From: Candidatus Latescibacterota bacterium
GTDB taxonomy: Bacteria > Latescibacterota > UBA2968 > UBA8231
Direction: 5' to 3'
Length of the DNA: 64,000 nucleotides
NCBI GenBank assembly: GCA_965217585.1
Contig: OZ244561.1
Span: forward strand, 6,720,001-6,784,000
The notes beneath the pieces are model-generated. The model had not been told where the DNA came from. It was given only the letters and a program-made list of their open reading frames with translations, and did no database searches. The stretch's first letter is position 1; each line of letters starts with the position of its first letter. The translations under genes and the position numbers were made by a program. This document shows positions 9,301-17,979 of the stretch, in pieces.

Positions 9301-11302
9301 GCGGTTGTCAATCCGCGCGTTCTCAGGTCAGCTCGGTCGTGGATATGATCCCGAGGACGATATGTCGAGACTAGGACGGTTAATAGACCAGCTCCCAAGC
9401 ACGTCTCTGCGAGTGCAGCTATGGGGTGAACTTGCTATGCACCTCTTTCTGCAACAGCATTCCGATGCCGGCAACCGTGTGGTGAGCGAGCGCGTCGTCC
9501 CGCTGATAGATTCCATGCCTAAGGGGCCGGCAAAAGAAAGCACTATCATAGGCGTTTCACCCGCGTTGTACCGAAATCACAAGACTACCGCCCTTCGGCT
9601 CTTCGAGGCCATAGAAGGCAATCAGCGGGATAGAGCACTCATGACCTGTGCTAAGTTTATACTGGAGCAACATATTCCCTCGGATCCATACGAGGAACAC
9701 GAAAACGGGTACGATATCATATACCAAGACGCCGTCGATGTAGTTGAACTGGCGAGCGAGCTTAGTCAGGACAATATGGTATATATACTGATCGTAGCGC
9801 TCGCTGATACTCTCTCATCATCTCAGTTTTCCATTACCAGGCAACAAGAAGCGGAGCTTGTTCGACGTATTGAGAACCTTGTCGCTGACAAGTTCCCCGA
9901 TCAAGACAACATCCAACATGACGGGTACGGAATCGCAAGCGAAGCGCAGTTATTGCGGATCGGGCGACATAAACGCCAATCTTGGCTTAACGTGATAAAA
10001 CGCGCACAGTCAATCCCGAATATGTCTGATCGAGCTTTTGTGTTGGCCATTATCGGCCAAGTCCTACCGGCTCGGGAGGGGACCCATCGGGAGCGCGTGT
10101 TCGAAGAGGCTATACATGTCACGGGAGCCATCCCTTGCACCTATGATCGACTTATGCGGTTAAACGATCTGGCCGGAATGATGGCACAGAAGTGTCCCCG
10201 TCTGGCACGGAAATGCCTCTCTGAGGCCGTCGGGAGATTTCAGTATGCTGAGGATGGCCCAAATGTCCGTGTCTTTAGGGATGTGATTGACACTGCCTTC
10301 AAATTCGACGCAGACTTCGCTGCGTCACTTGTTTCTCTTGGGGATGACGACCCTGCTCGGGCGATGGGCCGACACGAGATGAAACGTCGCCTAGAAATGC
10401 TGCGCGCAAAAAAAGCTATAATCGACGGACCGGAGTCATGGGACGAGTTCGGACCAGAAAACTCAGACTTTCCTCGCTCCACTTGGCTTGCCCTGGGATC
10501 ACTGAACGCTGGACGGGTGCATACGGCATCGGTAGATCAGCTCAGGCTGGCGCTTCGCGCCGCCGGACAGTTTGCGCTTCACGACGGATTTCCCATCCTA
10601 GCCTGGGTTATCGAAAACGCGGTACGCCGATTTTCCGGAACTTCTCAGTCACGGTCGATGATTCGTGTAATCTTCGAGGGTGCGATGCGTGCAACGGAGT
10701 TTGTGGAAATAGCGGGGGCAAGCGCTTCGGCCACAGTCCGGCGCGGAACCTTAGCGGAAAGTACCCCACCGAGCGAAGAAAGCATGGTGGTAAAGGTCGG
10801 TGAAAGAGACCGCGCAGTGGAGTTCTTGCGGCGGTGGTTGCAGCAAACGGAGTTGGAACGCCTCTATATCTGTGATCAGTACTTCGGCCCGGCGGAGCTT
10901 GCTCTTCTGATGTTAATTCAATCAGAGGTTCCAGATATAGAAGTGGTAGTCCTCACCAGTCGACATTGCCAGGAGCAGCGCCAGATAAAATCCCTGTATG
11001 AAGCCTATAGAACGGGCTGGCAGAAGATCTCTGATCAGAATCCGCCGAAAGCAGAAATCGTTGTCGTCGGATTGGAGGAATCAGGGAAATCGCCTATTCA
11101 TGACCGAAGCATTTTGACTGAGCAAAGTGGGATTAGCCTTGGGACCTCGTGGAACTCACTTGGCTTATCGCAGGATTCGGTCATTAGAGTGCTGTCCGAG
11201 AGGGAAGCGTCTGATCTGTTTGAACACGCTAGTCAGTTTCTCCTAGAGAGAAGGCGTGAGTATCGCGGAGAGCGATTACGCTACGAAACGGTAACACTGT
11301 AA
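6380..11302 (+). CDS. Large STAND-like P-loop ATPase with helical-repeat region and C-terminal PLD-like nuclease domain (putative defence protein)
   Basis: Walker A GDEGIGKT, Walker B YYFLLDG, over 1000 aa of Leu/Ala-rich helical sequence, C-terminal ICDQYF...IHDRSILTEQSGISLGTSWN; start placed at TTG 6380 behind GGAGG. Confidence 0.75.
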   Translation: MSEKMHAKAWIQQQLLHDLCTTFPPQPDHEIHRDHHLETFERVFVGPVDLLVLEGDEGIGKTTLLSQFAKRYPNRTISSFVTPMRYYGYDTKSLWRDYSAQILAIVDPRESFSSEDGGDGVLQSLIQKLKQRHRKDTYYFLLDGLTDIADPIMRREVASLLPIGHGFPVIVSGEASLLPPELRDSPRTKTTQAVNFSLAEVQQYFSDLGLSDANIRQIYQECGRGVPANLASVRRSLIAGVDFNHLSGRGIRDLYEQEWRNAVTDELAEQIVAIVAHSGHRLTLHSLSDILGVGDDVVSERLDQIPFLQLDPDVSYVSFISRSFADFASEKLSGTKANVIDVLVEHLERGTDEGPEAIDSLPGYLQESGRLDKVISFLSPDYFSSMLNRSESLIPLRRQLQIGIDAAAELRQDGELVRFGLESSAIREIETAQVSRFEIEALVTTDQVSEALSFAANCSLREDRLHLLGVIARCQKERGTPPSEEILDQIRQLHGQIDAKSLGDKAIDIAADLFPCCPDLAVSLIEQSSWADGDENELDIAYVRLSIATAVHGTVPRSDQDDLETIQKRIRNPRLRGFTSALSGKVQSAAEVIAEAEKLGTASDKLYILREWAIEHSTREDALDVAEYGLRTVVEATGYAPNVRVLRELSSPLLHAKDLARTQSLVRAFDGQRTTVEDQGPTEEVVRLQLNLAVAESLFDEEACVNRLVEVFLSVHELADLSTKSSCLARLLSALRIIDSSGRIEDKEHLTSLSTEELDTAISNLLAHTAQQVDVTRRIIDALGALDVGRSIALAENLNTANRREQALLLAVDAILESDSDHIDLKRLREACKNLRKRESLDHVAAAVAEYLARRDSIDQEAIVESGFQLFQDLFFSVSDPMERCRVLCLLYGLGEQGLSASEAMLLDLLKRIEEAITEVEAGWGRIDAGFRVARSFANRNPTQAKRYLDDAEDERKRTALSSFSSEWTYQACLRLSIRAFSGQLGRGYDPEDDMSRLGRLIDQLPSTSLRVQLWGELAMHLFLQQHSDAGNRVVSERVVPLIDSMPKGPAKESTIIGVSPALYRNHKTTALRLFEAIEGNQRDRALMTCAKFILEQHIPSDPYEEHENGYDIIYQDAVDVVELASELSQDNMVYILIVALADTLSSSQFSITRQQEAELVRRIENLVADKFPDQDNIQHDGYGIASEAQLLRIGRHKRQSWLNVIKRAQSIPNMSDRAFVLAIIGQVLPAREGTHRERVFEEAIHVTGAIPCTYDRLMRLNDLAGMMAQKCPRLARKCLSEAVGRFQYAEDGPNVRVFRDVIDTAFKFDADFAASLVSLGDDDPARAMGRHEMKRRLEMLRAKKAIIDGPESWDEFGPENSDFPRSTWLALGSLNAGRVHTASVDQLRLALRAAGQFALHDGFPILAWVIENAVRRFSGTSQSRSMIRVIFEGAMRATEFVEIAGASASATVRRGTLAESTPPSEESMVVKVGERDRAVEFLRRWLQQTELERLYICDQYFGPAELALLMLIQSEVPDIEVVVLTSRHCQEQRQIKSLYEAYRTGWQKISDQNPPKAEIVVVGLEESGKSPIHDRSILTEQSGISLGTSWNSLGLSQDSVIRVLSEREASDLFEHASQFLLERRREYRGERLRYETVTL

Positions 11303-11337
11303 CTTGAGAGACATCTACCGGGTTTTATAACCGGACG

Positions 11338-11706
11338 ATGCAGAAGATTCTGCTGCCGGACGAGGACGCCGAGGTCGATCCGGTGCCGACCTCCGGCGGG
11401 AGTCGCCGAAGCTAGTAGGAGCTGGACCGGCTGTCGAACATCCTCAAGGCGTTCAACGACCTCTTCGGCGACATTGACTGGGAAGACGCCGACCGAGTGC
11501 GGCAGCTCATCATCGAGACCATTCCTTCCCGAGTGGCAGATACCGCCTTCCGCAACGCGCAGCAGAACTCGGATCGAGAGAACGCCCCCATCGAGCATGA
11601 CAAAGCGCTGCTGCGGGTGATAACCTCCGTGATGAAGGACGACACCGAGCTGTTCAAGCAGCCCGGGCTTCGAGCGCTATATGGCTGATACGATGTTCGA
11701 CCTTGC
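11338..11706 (+). pseudogene. hsdR: Type I restriction endonuclease R subunit, C-terminal remnant
   Basis: LPDEDAEVDPVPTSGG..**ELDRLSNILKAFNDLFGDIDWEDADRV...NSDRENAPIEHDKAL..VMKDDTELFKQ with two in-frame TAG. Confidence 0.75.
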
Positions 11707-11738
11707 CAGCGAGCAGGCGGTCGCGGGCTGAGCCCACT

Positions 11739-11830
11739 CACCTTCCTTCGGACTTCAGCTACGCCGCGAAAGCCATCTGACGCCATTACCCACTTTCCCG
11801 GTGGACGAAATCGCCCGCCTCTTTGCCTAA
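11739..11830 (+). repeat. Direct repeat A, copy 2 (diverged 3' end of the AIR-synthase-like gene, including its stop)
   Basis: caccttccttcggacttcagctacgccgcg...cccactttcccggtggacgaaatcgcccgcctctttgcctaa. Confidence 0.9.
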
Positions 11831-11840
11831 TCGCGGCCCG

Positions 11841-11870
11841 GCCAGTTATCTTGACATCGGCTACGAGAGC
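11841..11870 (+). repeat. Repeat C partial copy (-35 region of the iron-ADH promoter)
   Basis: gccagttatcttgacatcggctacgagagc matches 46501-46530 at 26 of 30 positions. Confidence 0.75.
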
Positions 11871-11903
11871 GGTAACGCAGCGATAGAGTAGGGAGGAAAT
11901 GCA

Positions 11904-14900
11904 ATGTATAGGGAGCCTTGTAGGAGATCGGGACAAGCAGTAGCCATCACGGCGCTGGCGCTTGGAATGGCCATGTGCAGCCTGTCCCACGCCAATCTCT
12001 CCCCCCCGGCCGTGGTCTGGTGGTCGGCACCGATCCTGCCCGGTGAAATCGTCCTCCTGCACGGCGGGGACTGGGGCGGCGATCCCAAGGTGCAGATAGC
12101 GTCGATCCGCGACGCCGAGCCGGGCGAGGCGGCTACGGGGCGTGCACCCATCATCGGTGATGTGCGCGTCCTTGTCCCCATCCACCGCACAGAGACCGGC
12201 CTCAGTTTCGTCCTGCCGGAGACGCCGGAAGGCCTGCATATATGTCGGGTCATTTCGGGCGTGCGCGGGCCCTCAGCGCCTTTCGTCCTGAACGAGCCAG
12301 CCCCGTGGTGGGTCCAAGGTGATCGCGGACGAGCGGCATCGCCCGGCGGATGGCTGCGTGTCTTCGGTCGCTGCCTCTCCTTCGACGCAAAGGCGCAGAT
12401 GGCCCTGAAGCGGGGCAACGACCACATCGAACTGCCCCTTCAGCAACAGGACTCGTGGTCGGTGACGGCCCCCCTGCCGACGAAGCTGACGCCGGGGGCA
12501 TACGAGGTCTTCGTCCACAATGGCTACGGCGGCCCGGCCGGTTGGCGCCGCGCGGGAACCGTGGACATCGCCGTGCACGAGGAGGTCTGGGAGGATCGGG
12601 TCTTCGACGTCGTCGATTTCGGCGCCGTGCCCAATGACCGGGGCGGCGACACCCAGGCCCTGCGCGCAGCCCTAGCGGCGGCTGGCCAGAACGGCGGCGG
12701 CATCGTCCACCTGCCGCGAGGCCGCTACCAGATCCACGGCACCTTGGAGATTCCCCCGTTCACTTTGCTGCGGGGCGAGTCCCTAGAGCTGAGTCAGCTC
12801 TACTGGCCGGACGCGCAGAAGCCACCGGCGGCGTTGATCAAAGGCAGCCATAACTTCGGAGTGGAAGACCTGTTCATCACGTCTGGGAACTATCTGAATG
12901 GCATCGTCTCCGGTCGTCTAGCCGACCCCACGAGCGGGCGGGTCCTCATTCGCCGGGTCCGGATGCGCCTTTTGCGGGATCAGTACGTCAGCGCCGAGGA
13001 ACGCCTTCGTCGCCATAGCCTGCCGGGCCACGCCCTAGACCTCGAAGGCGAGTTCGTCCGCGTCATCGACTGCGACATCGCGACCAGTGGCCGCGGCGGG
13101 AGCTTTGCGCTGCGCGTCCGCTACGGACAGGTCGCTGGCAACCGGTTTATCAACGGCGGCAACTCCATCTCCGGCTCGGAGAACCTGATCTTTGAGAACA
13201 ACACCGTGACCGGCGGCGGCGTCAGCGCGACCCCTGCGCCGCTCTACCAGCGCAACATCTACTTCGCCAACAACCGCCTAGAGCGCAACTTCGCCCACGA
13301 CCGCGAGGCCATGACCCTCGACGGCGGTGCCCACACCTATCTTGGTGCCGTGACTAACGTGGCAGGTACCCGCCTCGTGCTCGCCGATGAGAGCATGACC
13401 TGGCGCAATGGTGCCGATCACTGGATCAACGGCGGCATCATGATCTTCGCCGGCCGAGGCGCGGGCCAGCTACGGCGCATCCGCCGTATCGACAGCAGAA
13501 CCGTCGAAGTGGATCGGCCTTGGATCATCGAGCCCGACGACAGCTCCCTGATTGTGATCTCCTACTTCCGCGAGCGCCACCTGTTCGTCGGCAACCGCAT
13601 CGAGGACGCCACCATTGCCCTGCAGCTCTACGGCTCCCTCATCGAAGGGATCGTGGCGGGCAATACGAGTGCCCGGGCCGGTGGGTTCCACAACTTCGGC
13701 ATGTGGAAGGGCGGCGGGCCCGAGCCCTCCTGGTACGTCCAGTATCTCGACGACGAGATCCTCGAGGGGAATGCCTACCGCGGCCCCATGAACGAGATCC
13801 CGTCGCTCGACTCGCATCTGGCCATCCGGGACCGCGGGTACTCGCAAACGGACTACTCTTTCACTCGCACCTGCCTGGCTCGGCGCTGCATTCTGCGCAA
13901 CAACGCCCGCATCGAGGTGCTCGGCAACGGCATCGCCGACAACGTCCTCATCGAAAACTGCTTGGTCGAAAACGCCGACGTCGGGCTGCACGTGGATTCG
14001 CGCGCCCAGGGCGTGATCCTGCGGGGCAACCGCTTCGACAACGTCCTCCAGCCCATGACCGGCGCTATCGAGCGCGCCGTCACCCATCCGGCCGATTGCG
14101 TACTCGCCGCCCTGTCCGGCACCCAAGCACAGCTCGGCGCAGGGGCACCCGCCGCCTGGGCCCGAATCCAGAGCAAGCTCGCAACACTTGCCGTTGAGGG
14201 GGACCTAGCGTCCAAGGCCACGGCGGCAAAAGCCAGGGCCTTCCTCGCAGAAGCAGTCTCTGCACTAGCGTCCGACGGTTCAGAGGAATACACCGCTGAC
14301 TTGATGCGGACCCTGCTGGGCATCGACGTCGCGATTGAGACGGACGCCCTCGCCTCCGCCGCGACGACGGGCAAGGCGACCTCCGTGCCCGCGCAGGTAG
14401 CCGTCCCCCCATGGTCGCTGCCGGTGTCGGTTGCGCTGCGCGTCGATCCGTTTCCCGGGTGGACGGTGGAATCGGGCCCGGCCCAAGCGGTCGAGCCGGG
14501 CGGAACCGCCCATTTTGCCCTGCAAACCGCCGGCCCCAAGCGACCGGCCGGCCCCTTCGACCGGCCCTTTACCTACGACGTGCACGGCGACGGCTGGCGG
14601 TTGTCATTCACCGACCACGCCGGGCCGGCACGGCTCACTGTCACCGACTGGCTCGTCGTGGGGCCCTTCGAGAACGAGAGCGGCGGGGTCATCGACAAGA
14701 CCGTGCATCCCCCAGAACTGAAGCTGGACGTAACCGCCCGCTACGAGACCCGGGACGGCGTGAAGGGCTGGAAGCCAATCCACACTACCGCCGACGGGAG
14801 GCTCGATCTGGCCGCCCATTTTGCGGACGCGGATCGGGCCGTCGCCTACGCCGCGGCTTGCGTGCGCGCGGCCCGTGACACTCCGGCGATGGTCACCTAT

Positions 14901-15194
14901 GCCGGCATGACCTCCACGGACGGGGTCATGCTCTACGTCAACGGGCAGCGAATCGGCACGCGCTGGCGCTTCAACCAGTGGGGCCCGACGCTGCTGCGAC
15001 AGGGAGACAACGTCGTCTTCGCCGTGCTTTCCAACCTCGACCGCGACTGGCGGGCAGGCATGCAGGTGGAACCGATGGCTCCCCTCGCCCCCGGCGAGCT
15101 CATCGCCGTCCCCGCCGACAAGCTCTCCGACGTGGCGGCCCTGAAGAGTGCAGTCGAAGCGGTACCGGAAGGCCGGGCCCGTGGACTCGACTGA
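11904..15194 (+). CDS. Secreted pectate-lyase-like / right-handed beta-helix glycoside hydrolase
   Basis: Signal-like N-terminus; VFDVVDFGAVPNDRGGDTQALRAAL...GGGIVHLPRGRY motif; Asn-rich beta-helix repeats; RBS GGAGG. Confidence 0.75.
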   Translation: MYREPCRRSGQAVAITALALGMAMCSLSHANLSPPAVVWWSAPILPGEIVLLHGGDWGGDPKVQIASIRDAEPGEAATGRAPIIGDVRVLVPIHRTETGLSFVLPETPEGLHICRVISGVRGPSAPFVLNEPAPWWVQGDRGRAASPGGWLRVFGRCLSFDAKAQMALKRGNDHIELPLQQQDSWSVTAPLPTKLTPGAYEVFVHNGYGGPAGWRRAGTVDIAVHEEVWEDRVFDVVDFGAVPNDRGGDTQALRAALAAAGQNGGGIVHLPRGRYQIHGTLEIPPFTLLRGESLELSQLYWPDAQKPPAALIKGSHNFGVEDLFITSGNYLNGIVSGRLADPTSGRVLIRRVRMRLLRDQYVSAEERLRRHSLPGHALDLEGEFVRVIDCDIATSGRGGSFALRVRYGQVAGNRFINGGNSISGSENLIFENNTVTGGGVSATPAPLYQRNIYFANNRLERNFAHDREAMTLDGGAHTYLGAVTNVAGTRLVLADESMTWRNGADHWINGGIMIFAGRGAGQLRRIRRIDSRTVEVDRPWIIEPDDSSLIVISYFRERHLFVGNRIEDATIALQLYGSLIEGIVAGNTSARAGGFHNFGMWKGGGPEPSWYVQYLDDEILEGNAYRGPMNEIPSLDSHLAIRDRGYSQTDYSFTRTCLARRCILRNNARIEVLGNGIADNVLIENCLVENADVGLHVDSRAQGVILRGNRFDNVLQPMTGAIERAVTHPADCVLAALSGTQAQLGAGAPAAWARIQSKLATLAVEGDLASKATAAKARAFLAEAVSALASDGSEEYTADLMRTLLGIDVAIETDALASAATTGKATSVPAQVAVPPWSLPVSVALRVDPFPGWTVESGPAQAVEPGGTAHFALQTAGPKRPAGPFDRPFTYDVHGDGWRLSFTDHAGPARLTVTDWLVVGPFENESGGVIDKTVHPPELKLDVTARYETRDGVKGWKPIHTTADGRLDLAAHFADADRAVAYAAACVRAARDTPAMVTYAGMTSTDGVMLYVNGQRIGTRWRFNQWGPTLLRQGDNVVFAVLSNLDRDWRAGMQVEPMAPLAPGELIAVPADKLSDVAALKSAVEAVPEGRARGLD

Positions 15195-15295
15195 CAGCGC
15201 GGCGGCACCAAGTTCGGATCGTTGCACAGGTTTGTGGTAATGGATCGGAAGACGTTTTTTGTCTGCATGAATAGACTCTTCTAGGTTAACGAAGT

Positions 15296-15964
15296 ATGAT
15301 GATAAAATTCACTCTTTTACTTTTGACCTTATACTTGGGCACATCACCTGTTTTTGCACAGGAAACGCAAGCGGATTCTACGCGGAGTGAACGGCCGACA
15401 TTTTCGCTGACGCCTACCTGAGTGGGCTGACCTGGCGAAGGCGCACCACTCCGGGGGAGTGGTATTCATACGAAATTTGCACTTTCGGGGCGGTATGTAG
15501 ATACATCAATGGACCGTCCGCAATGGCGGTTTACCGCCAATTACCGCCTGCATCAACGCCTGCAAGTTGGGGTTGAGTTGAATCCAAAAGCAAAAGAGGC
15601 AGGACCTCTTGTGACCCTGTTTTTGCTAACCGAGACAGAGACGCGTCCGGCGCTTTTTTTGGGCACGAGCTCAGATCGAATTGGTTCGCCGGCGGGCGAG
15701 CAGTCTTACTTCGCGACTATAAGTAAATATATACCTCGGTGGCGCACTTCTTTTTACGGCAGTTTGAATTATTCGGAATGGGATGGGAAGTTCAATATTC
15801 CCTTTGGCGTGGGGGTTGAATTGGGCAAAGGCTTTTCATTGCGACCGATGTATGATGGCGATCGGGGGCATGTGATGCTGAATTATTTCGCCACGCAATA
15901 CGGTGTCAGTTTGATGTATGTGTGGCTTGAAACCATGGGTATTTCGTTTTCTCTTGGATTTTAG
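15296..15964 (+). CDS. Putative exported selenoprotein with UxxU motif and outer-membrane beta-barrel-like body
   Basis: ATG 15296 is in frame with ORF 15509-15964; signal peptide MMIKFTLLLLTLYLGTSPVFA-Q; TGA at 15419 and 15428 (T-U-V-G-U-P); SECIS-like hairpin 15445-15463; amphipathic strands and terminal Phe (GISFSLGF). Confidence 0.75.
15445..15463 (+). promoter_or_regulatory. Candidate bacterial SECIS element
   Basis: accactcc-ggg-ggagtggt, perfect 8-bp stem with G-rich loop, 22 nt after the second and 31 nt after the first UGA. Confidence 0.7.
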
Positions 15965-15976
15965 TGTGGAGGATCA

Positions 15977-16660
15977 ATGCGTTATTGTAATTTTTTATTT
16001 CTAATTGTTCTGGCAAGTTCGGCTACGCTTATAGCTGAAGCTCAGATTCCCGCTAAGGCACTTTGTAGTGTCTGTGCATTAAAGGGCGGCGAGACAGAGT
16101 TGGAAAAGGTCAAGGCCCATTCGGAACACGATGGCAAGGCGTACTATTTTTGTTCCGAAAACTGTAAAAAAGAATTCGACTCAGATCCCGTGGCTTATTT
16201 ACCACCGGTATTTCCACGACCTGCACCAGCCTGCGTCATTGAAATGCTGGAGGGCGGGGACAAGGCGTTGGGGGATTTGCAGGACAAAGTTGTGCTCGTA
16301 GATTTTTGGGCGACATGGTGCGAACCTTGTCTTGAGACAATGCCCCGGTTGCAAAAACTCTACAGCGCTTATTCCGCTAAGGGTTTTGACGTTTGGGGGG
16401 TGTCTATAGATGAGGACAAAGATCGGGTCGAGAAGATCAAAAAGATGGTGGACAAAATGGATATTTCTTATCCCATCTTTGTAGATACGAAACAGACGCC
16501 CGCTTGGTATCAGTTTAAGGTGAAAGCGATTCCTGCGATGTATCTTCTCGATGGAGAAAGTCAGATCGTAGCGCAGTGGACGGGAAAGATAGATTACGAG
16601 GAAGTGGAGAAGGAAGTCTTGCGACGGTTAGAAAAAAGGCTCAAAGTTGAAGGGCCATGA
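15977..16660 (+). CDS. Exported YHS-domain / TlpA-ResA-type thioredoxin fusion
   Basis: Signal peptide; CSVC...HDGKAYYFCSENCKKEFDSDP (YHS); VLVDFWATWCEPC...GVSID...AIP (TlpA); RBS GGAGG. Confidence 0.88.
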   Translation: MRYCNFLFLIVLASSATLIAEAQIPAKALCSVCALKGGETELEKVKAHSEHDGKAYYFCSENCKKEFDSDPVAYLPPVFPRPAPACVIEMLEGGDKALGDLQDKVVLVDFWATWCEPCLETMPRLQKLYSAYSAKGFDVWGVSIDEDKDRVEKIKKMVDKMDISYPIFVDTKQTPAWYQFKVKAIPAMYLLDGESQIVAQWTGKIDYEEVEKEVLRRLEKRLKVEGP

Positions 16661-16711
16661 GCGAATTTGTTGCGAAGAATACTCAGGCGACTGGCGCGCC
16701 CACGAGACTCA

Positions 16712-17788
16712 CTACCGCAACCACCAATGCAGCACATTGGTCATGTGTTCCTCATAAGCGTGAGAAGCCTGAATGAGCAATCGTTCAGCCTCGGCTGTAT
16801 GCGGGTTCCTGACGATCAGGTTGTTGGAGTAGGCGCCAGCGCCCGCTTCGCCCATGCGAAGATAACGGCCGGCGTCCCAACTCACTCCATCATGCGAGGT
16901 ATAGAGGACCAAGTGATTCCTCCCCTCGCCTTGGTTGCCACTGCGGCCGTGCAGAACAAAGGCGTCCTTGAACGCGGCCATCTGGGGATTGCGAATTTTC
17001 TTCGCCATGAAGGCCGTTTGCACGGTGCTCCACGTGCAACCACCGTCGTCGCTGGTCGCGTAGTCGAGATGCTTTTCGTCATTGATGTTGTAGACATAGG
17101 CGATAAGCCGGCCGTCGGGCAGAGTGGCCATGGTCCCGTAGCCGCGTCCCTGAACGTCGAAGGGAAGGATGCTGCGTTGGGAGAAGGTAAGACCATTGTC
17201 CTGGCTGACATGGAGAGCATAATGGTGCTCCGGCAGGTTGCCGTACCAATGGACTGTGCTGTCGTTGCATAACTCCAGGACGAGAATGCAGCCTTCGTGA
17301 AGAACTACATCCCAGATGCGTGCGGGCTCATCGCCCATGGGTTTTGCCGGTTCCCAGGTGAAACCGCAATCGGTGCTGCGCAGATAGGTCGGAACCGCCA
17401 GTGGCTGCCAGCCCTTGCCCCGGCACTCCAGGTTGAACAGGAGGATCGCTCCATCGTCGGTTCGCAGCGCCTTTTCGCACATGACCGAGTGCCCGACACC
17501 TTGGTCGTAGGTCTGCTTTGAGTGCGCAAGAGCGGCGGGCTCGCTCCAAGTACGTCCGCCGTCCTCGGAACGCTTGAATTCCATCCAGCCATCCCCGCTG
17601 TGGCCCTGCTGAAAATCGGAGCAGTTGGCGTAGAATGCCAGTATCTTACCCGGCGCGTACTCGACTAGGGCATGACCCAAGTGACCACTGCGACCGGCCT
17701 TGGCATGATCCACAAACACGATCCCCTGATTGGGCGGCTCAGGTGGTTCAACTACAAACCTGTCTATATCAGTGTCTTTGCGATCCAT
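16712..17788 (-). CDS. Sialidase-like / BNR (Asp-box) repeat protein
   Basis: Asp boxes SEDGGRTW, STDCGFTW, SQDNGLTF, SDDGGCTW, SHDGVSW; start ATG 17788 behind AAGGA. Confidence 0.8.
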   Translation of the reverse strand: MDRKDTDIDRFVVEPPEPPNQGIVFVDHAKAGRSGHLGHALVEYAPGKILAFYANCSDFQQGHSGDGWMEFKRSEDGGRTWSEPAALAHSKQTYDQGVGHSVMCEKALRTDDGAILLFNLECRGKGWQPLAVPTYLRSTDCGFTWEPAKPMGDEPARIWDVVLHEGCILVLELCNDSTVHWYGNLPEHHYALHVSQDNGLTFSQRSILPFDVQGRGYGTMATLPDGRLIAYVYNINDEKHLDYATSDDGGCTWSTVQTAFMAKKIRNPQMAAFKDAFVLHGRSGNQGEGRNHLVLYTSHDGVSWDAGRYLRMGEAGAGAYSNNLIVRNPHTAEAERLLIQASHAYEEHMTNVLHWWLR

Positions 17789-17979
17789 TGCAGATTCCTT
17801 TCGCTTAATGAGTCTTAAATTAACTCGCCCAGCCAATATGGCCAGTGGCGCGGTGTGCACCCGGGGTGCCCGACACCGAGGACTGCCCTGACTCTTGCCT
17901 GCGCTCAGCGCCTTGACAGAGAATCCCCCAAAGGGCCTTTATTATACCCGAACTTCGCTCCCGAAACCCAGTAAATCCC

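Noticed and set aside
15419-15430. UGA reassigned to Trp or Gly genome-wide
   Set aside because: Many conserved genes here, such as hemC and cobA, end at TGA at the expected length
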